A DNA stretch of 57,983 nucleotides, filler included, from Sluysia triapertura (lineage: Eukaryota), in NCBI GenBank assembly GCA_046118255.1. It is 4 parts of 4 records of this genome, joined end to end, with 100 filler letters (N's around TTAATTAATTAA, not from the genome) between each part and the next. Parts side by side here need not be neighbours in the genome. Positions count along the whole stretch, not along the records: positions 31,016 to 43,491 come from JBJNIA010105431.1; positions 43,592 to 57,983 come from JBJNIA010261065.1; 2 more parts are not named here. The stretch is one strand, 5' to 3'. Shown here in pieces: positions 34,902 through 47,474 of the stretch; positions within the stretch are counted from its first letter, which is position 1; each line of letters starts with the position of its first letter. A model generated the notes under the pieces. The model did no database searches. It saw only the letters and a list, made by a program, of their open reading frames with translations, and was not told where the DNA came from. The position numbers and the translations under genes are program-made.

Positions 34902-37450
34902 TGTTAGACTTCATAAAATGGACTGACCGGGGATCGAACAAGAGAGCTCTCACTGAACAGTTCGATGATAATTAAAAACAGGTATTAATGTAATAGTTTT
35001 AATCTCTTCTTTCTCTTTTTTAGAGAAGGAAAGTAATCTTTCTTCTATTCAGGGACCTTATAGGACAGCTAGTCGTACTAGGGTCTTGATTTCAAAGTGC
35101 ATTGAGAATCTTGTCATTCTCGGGATCCCATAACCCCAAGGCTCCAACGACGAAAATATTCAGAGACACCTTGCACTTCAGTTGTTCCTGTAGTGTGCCA
35201 TGGAGATCAGCATACTTCTTAATATTGGTGGTTCAGGCTATTTAGAAGTTTTTCTCAGGTCCATGGGGGTCTTGACATCAATCAAGAACAGTTGCAATGA
35301 GGAAGTACCGCGGACGTCTAGTGTCACTGATAATTTGTGTAGGCGAATCCTGGAGGACCGATAATCCCTTCTTGGTCATTTTGTCCACTAGGTAGTTAAG
35401 GATTTTGTTGTGTCGGACTGTTCAGGCTGTACTTGTGTGAGGACACAGACGGAGCACATGTTGAATGGGTTCAGATTCGAAGCCACACCATCGACATGAT
35501 ACTGGCAGATGGAGACGTATGTTCTGTGGATTGAAATTAAGATTAAAGGTGTTGTTCCGGGCCATGCATTCAAGTGACAGGAATTTGTTGGAGAGTGGGC
35601 ATTGCATGAAAGATACCGTGACACTTGAGACACTTCCAATGTTGGTATTGCAAGTGCTGATCAGCTCGTGTAGGTATTTGCCGACTTTGTTCTTGTGGTG
35701 TGGCTAATGATGATTGGGTTTTCCACAAGTATGTCCGACTTCAGAGATAGTAGAACATTGTAGTTGTCAGAGTAGATGAATAAAACAGTGATCCGGTACT
35801 TTCATTCCAAATTTTTGATGGAAGTTCGGATTTTCGAACACCAAGTTTGCAACCTAGTGCGCTTATCCGTAAGACTTCCATTGAGACATACGAGAGCTTG
35901 GATCAGATCCACTCAATTTGCATTCATTCGGCTGTTGGCTATCCTTATAACTTCCCGATGTGCTAGTGTGCATATTATCGATGTGTTAGTCTGAAAGCAC
36001 ATATCACGTTCTGACACATGTAGTCATATGCTGAGATCAGGCTGTGTTCCTGTGTTCCTGTGTTCCTGTGTTCCAAAATGAAACTCCTGTTCAGTGGGTA
36101 CTTTTTGAGACCGAGGCATATTTTCAGCAGTTCTTATATCTTTCACTTCACTGATTTGGATGTGCTCTTAGGATGGGGATTGCTGAGGGATTGCACATTG
36201 ATGTTCAGGTTCCTTAGGTGGAACGGAAGTCTGGACTGCACATAGTTATTGTACATGAAGAACTTATTTCGAGCACTCAGTTTTGACTCAGTTCGGTGTA
36301 TTTGATTTTCTCATTTAGTAAATCATTAATACTTTGCCTTTTATAGTCACCAAATGGAACACCAAGATATAGAGTTTGGTTTTCGTTGGTGACACAGGGA
36401 ATCGGAGTATTTTCGATTAGAAGGGAATATCTCGAATCGTGGATGTTGTTGTAGTAGAAGCATTTCGTAGGCCGGAATATGAGGTTGGCTGAATTTGCAT
36501 TTTGGACAACTCCATTGACAATTTGTTGTAGTGTGTCGAAGGCAGTGCCGATGAGGGCTATGTCGTCAGCATATGCCAGGTATGGAGGAAATTTCTGGTC
36601 ATCAGTTATTTTGATATAGTCATCATCCGTGAACCGGCGGAACAGAGAGTCTATTGCCAGACAGAATAGTGTTATGGACAATGTACATCCTTGTTTCACT
36701 CTATATATGATCGGTACGGGTTTGATTATAATGCCATTGTACTGATGTTCAGGATGTTCAGGATGTCCTATATTTTAGAGTGCATGCCATATGCACTGAA
36801 CCAAATGCACTCGCCAAGTCGAGGAAGACAATGCGTAATTAGATTTTGCGACTCCACTATTTCTCTAAGTGAGTGGAGTATGAAGTTGTCTTCGGTGCAT
36901 CAATCTGATTGGAGAAGAGCAGCTTTGTATATACTCGTGAGATTGCCACTTTTGAGCCATTCAAGATCTTGGCAAAGACTCTTTAGCTGCAGTCCACTAT
37001 AGCTATAGGTCTCCAAGAAACGACGTCTTGCGCCAAGTCATATTTATTTTTTTTGATTATCGGTAGAGAGTTGTAGTTCTTCCAAGCAGTCGGGACTTTT
37101 TCATTGACCAGGATTCTGTTAAAAATATGGCTAGCAGATGACTAGTGGTATCGGCATCCTTTAAATTCTCGAATGTTATTTGGTTGTGACCTGGTGCTGA
37201 ACGCATGCTGTATTTGAGAGTGGTGAGTATCTCAATCTCCAGAACGGGATCAGTAGTCACATAGTCCACGAATCTTGGCAGGTGAGTGACTTTAATTGGG
37301 TCAAACGGTGGTACTATTCCACTACTGTAGTACTGGCAGATTTCCTCTGGTGTGATTATATGGAATGCTTTGGCTATCAGCCTCGTCTAACAATTTTTAG
37401 ATTACTATAGTCCATTATACTGCATGGCACTTTAGGCCTAGATCCCAACA
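34902..37450 (-). mobile_element. tRNA-cassette element (34902-34967 and 37373-37450) with AAAT TSD, split by a LINE
   Basis: AAAT|TGTTAGAC...GGGGATCGAAC...TTCGATG // GCTATCAGCCTCGTCTAACA...CCCAACA|AAAT. Confidence 0.88.
34968..37372 (-). mobile_element. 5'-truncated, decayed non-LTR retrotransposon with C-terminal restriction-like endonuclease (R2/NeSL/Utopia-type)
   Basis: SAPGHNQI (RT0), YRPIA-like segment, DLASAFGSV, KQGCTLS..LF, LAYADDIAL (36573-36562), YLGVP, CRWCGFESEPIQHVLRLC (CCHC), LFLIDVKTP...KKYADL...VVGALGLWDPENDKIL (RLE domain). Confidence 0.92.
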
Positions 37451-38150
37451 AAATGACACTTTGGGCCTGTACATCAATAAATGGTTTTTGAGATATGTCT
37501 GATGCTTTTGATACAGTAGATTATGATGTTACTTGATGATCTCAAGAGAATGTTCAATAAACAGTTTGAATCATAAATAGAAAATGTTATTCAAACAACA
37601 GAAAAACTAACAAAGTAATTCGGAAGTAAATATTTAAAAATTCAGTGAAAACAAGTCAGAATTTATAAAAATAACCGTAAGTTAATTGTAAATAGTAAAA
37701 TTGTAAAATGTAAACTAAAAGTACGGAATATGAAATGTTATATTAATTCAAAAATGAAAATATTAATTGTATTGTTAAGAAGTTTAAATATTAGAGACTT
37801 TATTAATAAAGATATGGCTAAACTAGATGTTTATTCATTGATAAGTAATAATAAAGATTTTAACAATAGTAAATTTTATTCAATTCCATGCAGAAAATTG
37901 CGGTAATTTCATTAACTATTGAATTAATCTACATGACTAATTTTCCATATATAAAATGATAATATAGATCAATCTTAAAGAATTACATTTGTGCAAGTAA
38001 GTAAAAAAATTTACTCTTACAAAAAGAAAAAACGAAAATCGAGTCCATGTAATGTACACGGTTTATATCCACGTAGAAGACGTGTTATTATGATTTTAAA
38101 GGAAAGTGCAAGAATGTAAGAATATGAACAAGTTGCCTGCAATATGTCTT

Positions 38151-39062
38151 TGTAAGAATGTAGAATTAACGAATAGCAGGTATCATTTTAAGTTACCAAA
38201 TTTATTCTTCTATTGAACCAGTCTTAATACCATCTAGTGTTCGAAAAGTTTTAAGTTGAACTAGCCTTTGTACGGTCTAGTTTCTTCTAATAAATGATTT
38301 TAGTATTTTGAACTAATCAGATACGGTATAGTTTTCGGAATAAAATTGTTTTCTTAAAGCAGAAAAATTTTTTTAAAGAATACGTTTGTTAATATGAAAC
38401 ACTTATAAAAGATAACACACTCATAAAAATAACTATAATAAAAAATAATAATTTTAATGTCTCTTGGTGATGCTGAAGTTCATACTAAAATTGATTTAGC
38501 TGTTACGATCTAGGCAAATCAAAGATAGGTTAAGTGTATTTTATACCTTTCTTTTTTACGATAAGGTAATAAACTTAATAATTAAAAATTTCTTGTTCAT
38601 GGAACGAAATCTTGAAGTTAATTTTGCTAAAAATTTGTCTTAATTTCTTCTACATGTTCTTTATTTTAATACCTCTTCTAGAATTTGTCTAAGTATTTAT
38701 AATAAATTTATAATCGCCATTTTACTTTCTCTTAATTAATTTAATTAAACAAAATCTAAAAATTAAAATTTTTTAAACCAAAATTTAGAATTTTAAAATT
38801 TAATAAAGAATTTAAAATAAAATTAAATTTTAAAAATTTAAAATAAACTTTAAATTAATTATTATCAATTAGTTATTTATCTTTTTATTAATTAATTATT
38901 TTATTTTCGCTTAATTTGATTAATTTTAATTAAAATTCTTTTTCCCTTTATTTAATAATAAAAATAATGATTTTAGTAAAATATTCATAAAATATAGAAA
39001 TCAAAATAAGATGATCATAAAAATTATTTACGCATGTTCATAAAAATTATTTAAACTTTACA
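38151..39062 (-). repeat. Solo LTR-like copy of family A
   Basis: TGTAA...TTACA termini; minus-strand ATGGCG..AATTTATTATAAATA block at ~38693-38720; hairpins at 38259, 38311 and 38496. Confidence 0.65.
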
Positions 39063-39214
39063 TTTGTTGCCAATAAAAGCAAGAGTAAATTCAAATTATT
39101 ATAATCATCTATAAGGCTTACATTCATGAATATCTCGTGGAAGGAATAAAATTTAGAAACAAAAATGAATATATTTAAGACAATAATTTATATGAAATCC
39201 AAAGTGATAATAGA

Positions 39215-39400
39215 CAGGTAATAGGTTATATAACGTTTATGTTTCAAAATTGCACAACCAATTACTAGAGAATATTAACTTACTGGAAGATTAAGAAATA
39301 TTTAAGAAAACGAAGTTCTTTCAATTCCAGAAATAGTATAATGAAGGATTATTTTACACCCTTTTGAGTACTTACCTTGTAGTAGATATTCGTACAATAT
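39215..39400 (+). repeat. Dispersed repeat family B
   Basis: AGGTAATAGGTT..TTTATGTTTCAAAA..GGAAGATTAAGAAATATTTAAGA..CTTTTGAGTACTTA shared with 43600-43775. Confidence 0.85.
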
Positions 39401-40470
39401 TATTACTATTAGTAATAATAATAATATTACTATTATTCAATTTATTGTATATATAAAAATTAAAAATTGAATAATAATTAAATACATAAATTTTAATATT
39501 ATTTATTAAGACTTAATTTAATGGAAATAATCAATGTTAGGTTTGGTGAGTTTAATAACTAAATTAACTAAACTGACATTGATTCTTATAACTAACAATT
39601 CATTAAATCAAGACTAAACGAAGTTTTTGTGGATTATAAAGATTCGTAAGGTCTGTGACTTTATAAATAAATGTGAGACAAGTTGGATTATAAATCAGTA
39701 TAATAAAATGATGCAATAAAATGATAAATAAAAAATCAACGATGTCGAAATAACATATAATAATACTAATAAATTATAAAAATTTGTTTCGGGAAATTGG
39801 ATGACTGTATTATTGAATATGAATACTGAAGTTACATCACTTTATGCGCCTCGCGAACAAAAATACGTTTTGCGAATAACGCTTGAATGCGGAATGATAT
39901 GTTAAATTTCAAACTCAGTTCATGCAAGGCAAACCTTAATCTTGAAAAAAGTCAAATTTTAATTAGTTTTTAATGTTGAACTTTTAATACTTAGAATAAT
40001 GAACTGAATATGAGATGATTGCTATGAAAGAGGACAATCTAAAAGTGAGTTTGAAATGTTTGTTTGAGAATAAAAACATTTGCCCATATGTAGTGTTCCT
40101 TCCTGTGGTATAAATTTTATACCCCACATTCTCATAAAATACAAATACAAACAATTTAAAAATTTCGCAAGTAACTTTATCATCAAATAAATAAATTATT
40201 CTGATTATGTCAACAGTTTTTTGTTCTAACTTAAGCCACCTTTACAAAAAAATATTAAGATTTTATGTTCTCACTTTTTCATTTTTTTCTTTACTTATAC
40301 GTAAAAATTTCTTTATTTTCATAACTTTTGGCATGTAATAATCATAATAATAGTAATAGCGGTTTTTATTGTTTTTATTATTCTGGTAATTATTTTCTAT
40401 TATACTTATTCGTTCCTTATTATATTTTTATATTATTATATTTCAGTTCATTTTTAATTAGTATCTAGAT

Positions 40471-40608
40471 GACCACATTACCAAACCAGAAACTGGCAAA
40501 ATAATGGCAGAAAGAATTGGTGCTTATACTTATATTGAATGCAGAACTAATACTAAAGCAGTTCGATAAGTATTTGAAACAGCTATAAGAGCTGCTTTAC
40601 AAAACGAA
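40471..40608 (+). pseudogene. RHOA: RhoA-family GTPase C-terminal fragment
   Basis: [39 protein letters not shown] resembles RhoA [41 protein letters not shown]; internal stop, no CAAX. Confidence 0.8.
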
Positions 40609-41199
40609 ATAAAATTAATGGAAAGACTATTTTAATCACGTTAACAATTTTTTAATTAGTGCATCTACTTTAACAGTTAATTCAAATTTTTAGAGCTATT
40701 TTATACAAGCATGTCTTAAATATCTAAATTTATTATTGTAACACATTCATGGACACAAAAAAATGTTGGGTTCGCGATATGGCACATTGATTTTTTGATT
40801 GATTAATATCAGTTTTACTTTATTAAAGATAATTATAATATTTTTAGTATTTGAATGTAATTATCTAAACTAATTAGCATGCGGCTGTCATAATACATGT
40901 GAACCAATAATATGACAATGACGCCTGTAGCTGTCGCTGTCCGTTAACGTGTTAAATAAAGCTAAACTATTTCCCATTTAAACTTGATTCATCCCGTTTA
41001 TTAACTCCCATTTTATTAAAACTGAAAATCAATTTTATACTTACATTTTTCTATAATACATTTTGTAACTAATCTTGTTTTTTTCTTTTTTTGAAGTTAT
41101 TTTCACAATATTAAATTTTGCAGTTTAGTACAATTTATGTGATTATTTATCATTTTATCTGATTAATTTAAAAGTATATATTTGCGTTGTTTTTAAAGA

Positions 41200-41620
41200 T
41201 CGAATTTTATTTTGTGTAAGAATTTGTCAAATGTACATCACGAAACTTATAATTTTGCGGCGTGAAACATAAATTATGGTGATTTATCAACTATTTCTTA
41301 AGATTGCCATCCTACCTGGGCAAGAATGTGATTTAACGGCAACCCTAAAGTTATTCTACAAAGTTTTTAAAACAATTAAATTTGATAATTTATTAGAATC
41401 AAATGAAATTAGTTTTGAGCATAACATCGATGATCCAGATATGATAAAGTTATGTAAATGCGATTGGTGAAAGATTAAATATCTTAAAGATTTCTTAGTA
41501 ATATTTAATAACATATCTAACGAAATATATCGGTGGATAAAACTTGACACTGAAAGTAATTTTGCGACAGTCTAGAGAGATTTTGTTGACTTGTTAGACT
41601 AAAACTGTGTTTTCAAGTGC
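41200..41620 (+). mobile_element. Probable hAT transposase remnant
   Basis: L...DW*KIKYLKDFLVIFNNISNEI fits the hAT L...EW..I..L...L..F...T..IS segment, with a DC..TW-like motif upstream. Confidence 0.45.
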
Positions 41621-43491
41621 ATCACTCAGGTCATTGTTTGACCTTGTTAGTTTTTTATCTCCTTTTGAAAAATTCATGTTTTATTTGCGTTCTAAATTTT
41701 ATAATTTCAATTTCGTCAATAAATTAGTTGTCATTTATTTTATCTTTATAAATTCTTTGTTAATTGATGCCAAGGGCCCTTAAGGCTACTTAGTGTAACC
41801 AAATAATATCTAATAAAGTTTCTAAAACGAAAATGAATTATTTTCTTCTCATAAATAATAAAGAAATGTATAATCAAACTAAGACTTTTTATATTTTAAT
41901 TAATTCGTTCAATTTTAATACGAATTATAATTGTAATTTTAACAGGTTAAATCTTGTGCCAAGAATTCGTTCTAATCACCCATTCTGTTTACTTTATTCT
42001 CAAACGTTCTTGTACCATTTTCTTTACTAAAGATATAAAGTGAACGTATCCTTTGCATTTATTAACCTTATTAAATGTAACTTTTTACAACCACTCCTTG
42101 TAATACATTTATTTTGTTCAACCTGGACATCAATTCTCCACCACTTCAATTTCGCTATGCGGGAATAAGCAGAGATAAGATAGAATAAAGTAGGATTTTA
42201 ACGTGAATCCACCAACGTACTAGGCTTACCAGTTAGGGCTAGCCGTTGGATTTATAGATATAAGATTTTTAAGTAAAGGTTTCTAAAGTGTGTGTAGTTT
42301 TTCTAGGATATTCTTGGCTTAATAACTTTGCTGTTAATTTAGTAAGTCAGGCTAAGTTATGGAGGTATTTTTAATAAATGAAAATCAATACAAACTGTCT
42401 CTAGTATTAGTAATTAAGATAAATATCTAACTGCAAAAATATTAATAGAAATAATTTACAAAGTAATTTACGAAGATCCTATGAAAGTATCTATAAAAAG
42501 TGATTTTACGTTATTAGAATTAAATTCTAATAGATGAAAGCTTTATTACACTGGGAATTTTATAATTAAAACTATAAAATTTAATAATGAAAAAATGAAT
42601 TAGAAATTTTTATTAGACACTGAATAAATTAAACAAGATTATAAATATAATAAAATAAATAAGTTACGCAGAATTAATCAAATTTAATTCTCCAATTGAT
42701 GAGTTTATTAATTAGTTTACGAAAAATCTATTATAAGATTTTTGGAAATAATTGCAAAAGTGATTTTGAGTCTATTTTGCGAGGATATATATTGTATATA
42801 CGTAACTTAATATAATAAACTAACGTATTTATTAAAAGCCAGAATTTAGTAAAAATTTTCTTAGCAGGAATCCTTTAAAATTAATTTCTCTTGTCACTTC
42901 GCTGAGGAAAGCTTGATAAAAATTTAACTAACAATACTTCGTTAAAAAATTATGTTTTCAATATTGTGTATTTAATGAATTTTGAAACTATTTATAATTG
43001 ATTTAGCTGGCCTTGGCCAGATTAAAAGTAAATATTTTATTAAAACAAAATTAAATTAATTTTAAAAAAATTAAAATTTACACTTAATAAATTTTATATT
43101 AAAATGTACATTAATTAATAAGTATAATAATTCAAATCCAACTAATTTTAGATTATTCCACGTAAAATAAAAATTAATAATAATCAGTAAATTGTTACAT
43201 AAATATTATTAATAATATCAATAATCATAATAAAATAATTAATATACCACAACATTATTTAATCATAATCCAGGACATAAAGTTCAAATACTATTTAGTC
43301 ATAATCAAATCAAAGATAGGATATCTATTTCATTTATTTATTGTTAAATTTATTTCTTTAAACTTTTGACGCATTTGTCAGACCATAACAGTGTAAAGTT
43401 AATTTTTATGTTTCTAAGTTAATTGATTTTTATGTTTTTAAATTAATTTTTATGTTGTTTTACGTATTTTCAAAATTAATATAGCTATTAT

Positions 43492-43591
43492 NNNNNNNNN
43501 NNNNNNNNNNNNNNNNNNNNNNNNNNNNNNNNNNNTTAATTAATTAANNNNNNNNNNNNNNNNNNNNNNNNNNNNNNNNNNNNNNNNNNNN
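43492..43591. other. Artificial contig spacer
   Basis: 44 N + TTAATTAATTAA + 44 N. Confidence 0.98.
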
Positions 43592-43596
43592 TAAGA

Positions 43597-43775
43597 GCTA
43601 GGTGATAGGTTGTATACTGTTTATGTTTCAAAAATATACAACCAGTACTACCAGAGAATGTCAAATTATTGGAAGATTAAGAAATATTTAAGACAAAGGC
43701 AAAGTTATTTCTGTTTCAGAAATATTATAGTGAATGATTTATTTTAAGTGCTTTTGAGTACTTAGTTTGTTTGTA
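43597..43775 (+). repeat. Dispersed repeat family B
   Basis: Colinear similarity with 39215-39390. Confidence 0.85.
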
Positions 43776-44077
43776 TTTCCGGTTGAGCGGTAAAGAATAA
43801 TAAAATGGAAGAAGATCAATTTTTATTTTTTTAAATTGATCGTAGTTTTACTATTTTTAGTCAAATAAATGTTAAATTATTGATTTTAATGATATTTTCA
43901 AGATTATGTATGTATAATAATTTTAATATTCGTTTTGTACCTTTGCGAAAAAACATTTCCCCGATCTATTTCAATTTCCCTATTATAGGGCAAATAAATT
44001 TTAGCAGGGTCCGGTTACAGTAAACGATTTATTAGGTGAAATGTGAGTATCTGTAACCATATATACAGTGTAATATA

Positions 44078-44250
44078 CAGTGCTGGCCAAATTATTAGAC
44101 TAAAACAGGAAAAATATGTTTTTCTTTGGTTTTCTTAATATTTACTATACTCTCCAGCATGAATCACAGAAAATATGTGGGAGATTGTCAAAAGGAGAGT
44201 TTCTACCCATAAACCACCAGGACAGTTGACACAGTTATTTATGGTTCTCA
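44078..44250 (+). mobile_element. Tc1-family remnant (5' TIR fused to transposase C-terminal fragment)
   Basis: TA|CAGTGCTGGCCAAA (Tc1-type terminus) followed by YSP..N.TENMWEIVKRRV (SPDLNPIENLW motif). Confidence 0.8.
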
Positions 44251-45336
44251 CACTTTTAATTGGTAGATTTATTTCATATTGCATTTCGACTTTAAAGTAC
44301 TTCCCTATAATGCTAAGGTTTTTATTGCAACATCGCTGCTTTGGTAAACAGAAACACCACGAGTTTCTTTCGCTCCGAATAATCTTAGTTAATTTATTTC
44401 AAATTAATCATATATGGCGCTGTATCTTAAATAGAAGTGCAACAGAAAAAACTGAAGATAAAACCCTTCGCTAAGACTTTTCTAGCATAAACTCTGAATA
44501 TTTACATTCCATATTTAAAATGTCATGCAAATCTATTGTTTTATATAGACTAAATGATTCACAAATCATATTGAAAAACAATTTCACACTTTTATCCATT
44601 CACCTTTTTAAAATAGTTAAATTTTTCGGATTGGATATATTCCACGATTTAAATTTTGGCTGCAATTTTCAATGAATGATTCGTGAAACTCGAGTGAATG
44701 TTTACAATTAAGAAATAATGACTTTGTTTAGAACCTTCAGCATTTCAAAATTATCATTGGGGTCTTATGAATATCTTTATGATTAATTGTAATGAATAAT
44801 TGATTTTACTATGAATAACTTTTAAATTTATACAAGAATTATTTCTATTAATTAAAATCTTTTCATGATTTAATTTTAATGATAAATATACGTTTAGATA
44901 TTATAAACATTTTTTTACATTCGCTTAAAAGATCAACAAAATTGACATAATTTATTCATAATATTAAAAGTTTATTGTTTAAATTTCTGTCTTGGTAATG
45001 AGTTCCATGAACATATTTCGATAAGAGATTTTCAATACTTCTAAAAAATTTAAAAATATATAAATCAGTCGTAATAAAGATCGTTATATAAAAGTAATTA
45101 AAATCACTATTACATGGAAGTCATATTCGTTGATGTTTTTGAACTAAAACTAGTATAGGATAACGTTTGAGAAGACTTGTATCCACGATTTCAAGTAATT
45201 GTTCTGCCCATTTAAAAAAATGTTTGATTAATTGTTCTGGGCTTGACAAGGACATTATGACATTAAATAGCTGCTGTATTTGATTTGGCTGTTTCGAATT
45301 ATTTTCTCAACTTCATTGTTTTCGGAAATTATACCG

Positions 45337-46417
45337 TCATTGCATAAAGAAATCTATCGAGGCGTAAACAACTTGAAAGTTTTCTTTTTCACGGATATCA
45401 CCGTTACGACATCTAATGAATTCTTTATTCAACTTCTCTGGACATGATGCTAAGTAAATATTGAGAATATCAAGGGGATCTGTTGTCGTTTCTATAAATA
45501 TTCTGAATAGTCTTTTAAACTGTCTACTTTTGATCAGCGCACTTACGTAAGGACAATTAATTTCAGAAGTTGCTGTCATGTCTTGTAATGGAAAGATACT
45601 AACTAGACAACGTATTTGATTATTCTATCTCGATAAAGACAACTATAATTACCATTACTGTGCAAATTAAAACTTAGTATGAGCATTGTTGGTGAATTAA
45701 AACATAATTGTATACATTTATTCGAAATAGATACTGTGGCCGGTGGATGATATATAATTGATAATGGTTGATGGTACCATCGCAAAGCTTCATCGTTCGA
45801 TACATTGACATTTTTATCTATAAACTCAACGAGTTGATCGATCTTAAGGCCAAGAAATTCTGACATTTGTAAAACTAAAATTGGATTATTTGATGATGAA
45901 AATCAAACAAAATGTATTCGATTTGTAGTTCGATAAAGACGTAATCATGAAAGAATTTAATACATATAGGTGCACCAAGAATTAGAAATTTAACATGAAA
46001 TTTATTGTTTAATTTGTGAATTAGCATTACTTGTTTTTGGTTAGTTTTACAATCGTTTATCATTGAATGTGGTAGTACACTACTACCTGGTTGTTGACAA
46101 CTTGTTATAGAATGAGGTCTCTCTTCATGTATATTACAAGATATTTTTAAGATATCATAACGAGATTTAGAAATATTCTTTATACCACCGATGATGAATA
46201 TAACTCCATAATCATCTCTTCTATATATAAATGTTTTGTTGTAACTAAGAACGAGAAACAAATTGAATTCATCTATGAATGTAATTGGAATAATAGGTTT
46301 CTTATAACAATTTTTTAACATTAAATTAAATTCTGAAATATGATATACTGATTTTAATATTGGGAGTTGCTGAATTCTCCATACATGTAACATGCAATTT
46401 TTTCCGTCGTTAATCAT
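45337..46417 (-). pseudogene. Vps39/Vam6/TGFBRAP1-like (CNH domain) gene, frameshifted
   Basis: FIDEFNLFLVLS; PICIKF..YVFI....YILFD; EFLGLKIDQLVEFI....LRWYHQPLSIIYHPP..ISNKCIQL (CNH pattern); then YVSALIKSRQF..LFRIFIETTTDPLDIL (Vps39 helical region). No clean GT-AG introns explain the frame changes. Confidence 0.55.
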
Positions 46418-46734
46418 TTTAATTTTTTAACTTTAGGTCAGTAAACAAGACGTTAATACTACTAATTAAGATAATGCTAAAAAAATTTTTAATTTGTTTT
46501 TTAATCGTATTCAACTTTTTATTTACAAATTGATGATTAAATGTGCGTTCGTCATTGGTTGCTCAACCAGAGAGGAGACAAAAATAGCAATGCTAGCTCT
46601 GATTGGACATCCAATGGAAGTACTGCAAAGTAATTATAAGACATCTAGCCTGACACGCAAAATCAATTAACAAAACTGTCAGTGGTCGTAGTAAGTAGTG
46701 TTGATACTACTCTGTTTAATTAACTAAAGACCGC

Positions 46735-47474
46735 TGGCAGTTACTAAATAAAATAATTGAATGAGAAAATAACAAAATTAAAAATGGTGATAATAATAAT
46801 AATGTTATTATTATTATTATTATCATTATTATTATTAAATACATAAATCTTGCAACATGTTTTAATAAACACGATCTTCCTTTATTTCTTTCTTGTTCTG
46901 AACATATTTAAATTGTTTAAGATGTTAATTATAGTTCTAATGTTATGAGACTATAGTTAAAATGTTCCAAATGAAATTTAAATATGTATAAGTGATTTTG
47001 AATGTTACTTGATGTAATTATGGTTTTGGGTGAAATGTTTTCGATGAATTCTTGATTGTCGGTTGTTCATTTGGTAGTGCATGTGTTTTTAATATTACTA
47101 AGTGTTTTCGATTATTTTGAAGGTTTAATTGTAATTCTAATATTATAAGATAATGCGTAAGTGTTTTACAAATGAATTTTTAAATTCTATTTACTAGTTT
47201 TAACTGAAGATAAGTTTAGGTGTTGAAAGCTTATGACTTAAGTGTTGTGAAATAAAATATTGTGATTTACAAAAATTGAAAAGAGTAGTTTCATGGATGT
47301 GAAGATGATAAATTATATCCTATGTTTTGGTATATTCTAAAAGGTAATTATGTGATGTTGAAAGGTGTGATTTTGGTTATGTTGCTATTGAACTATGTAT
47401 GAAAATGTTTATGATGAATTTTTGAATGTGAATTGTAGATTTTGAGGGTGAATGTGATTTTGCTGGCTACCACA
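46735..47474 (-). repeat. Dispersed repeat family C (~750 bp)
   Basis: Reverse complement starts TGTGGTAGCCA and contains AACATCACATAATTACCTTTTAGAATRTACCAAAA, shared with 54269-55020. Confidence 0.8.

Larger units (their letters stand above)
34764..37479 (-). mobile_element. Older tRNA-cassette element (34764-34901 and 37455-37479) split by a nested younger copy
   Basis: TGATAGACTTCATTAAATGGACTGACTGGGATTCGAACCCGG...CTAACA...TTATACTAAAT; its leader resumes after 37454 as GACACTTTGGGCCTGTACATCAATA. Confidence 0.75.

Noticed and set aside
35465-37002. Plus-strand ORFs within the LINE
   Set aside because: Antisense to the recognisable RT/RLE frames; no independent motifs.
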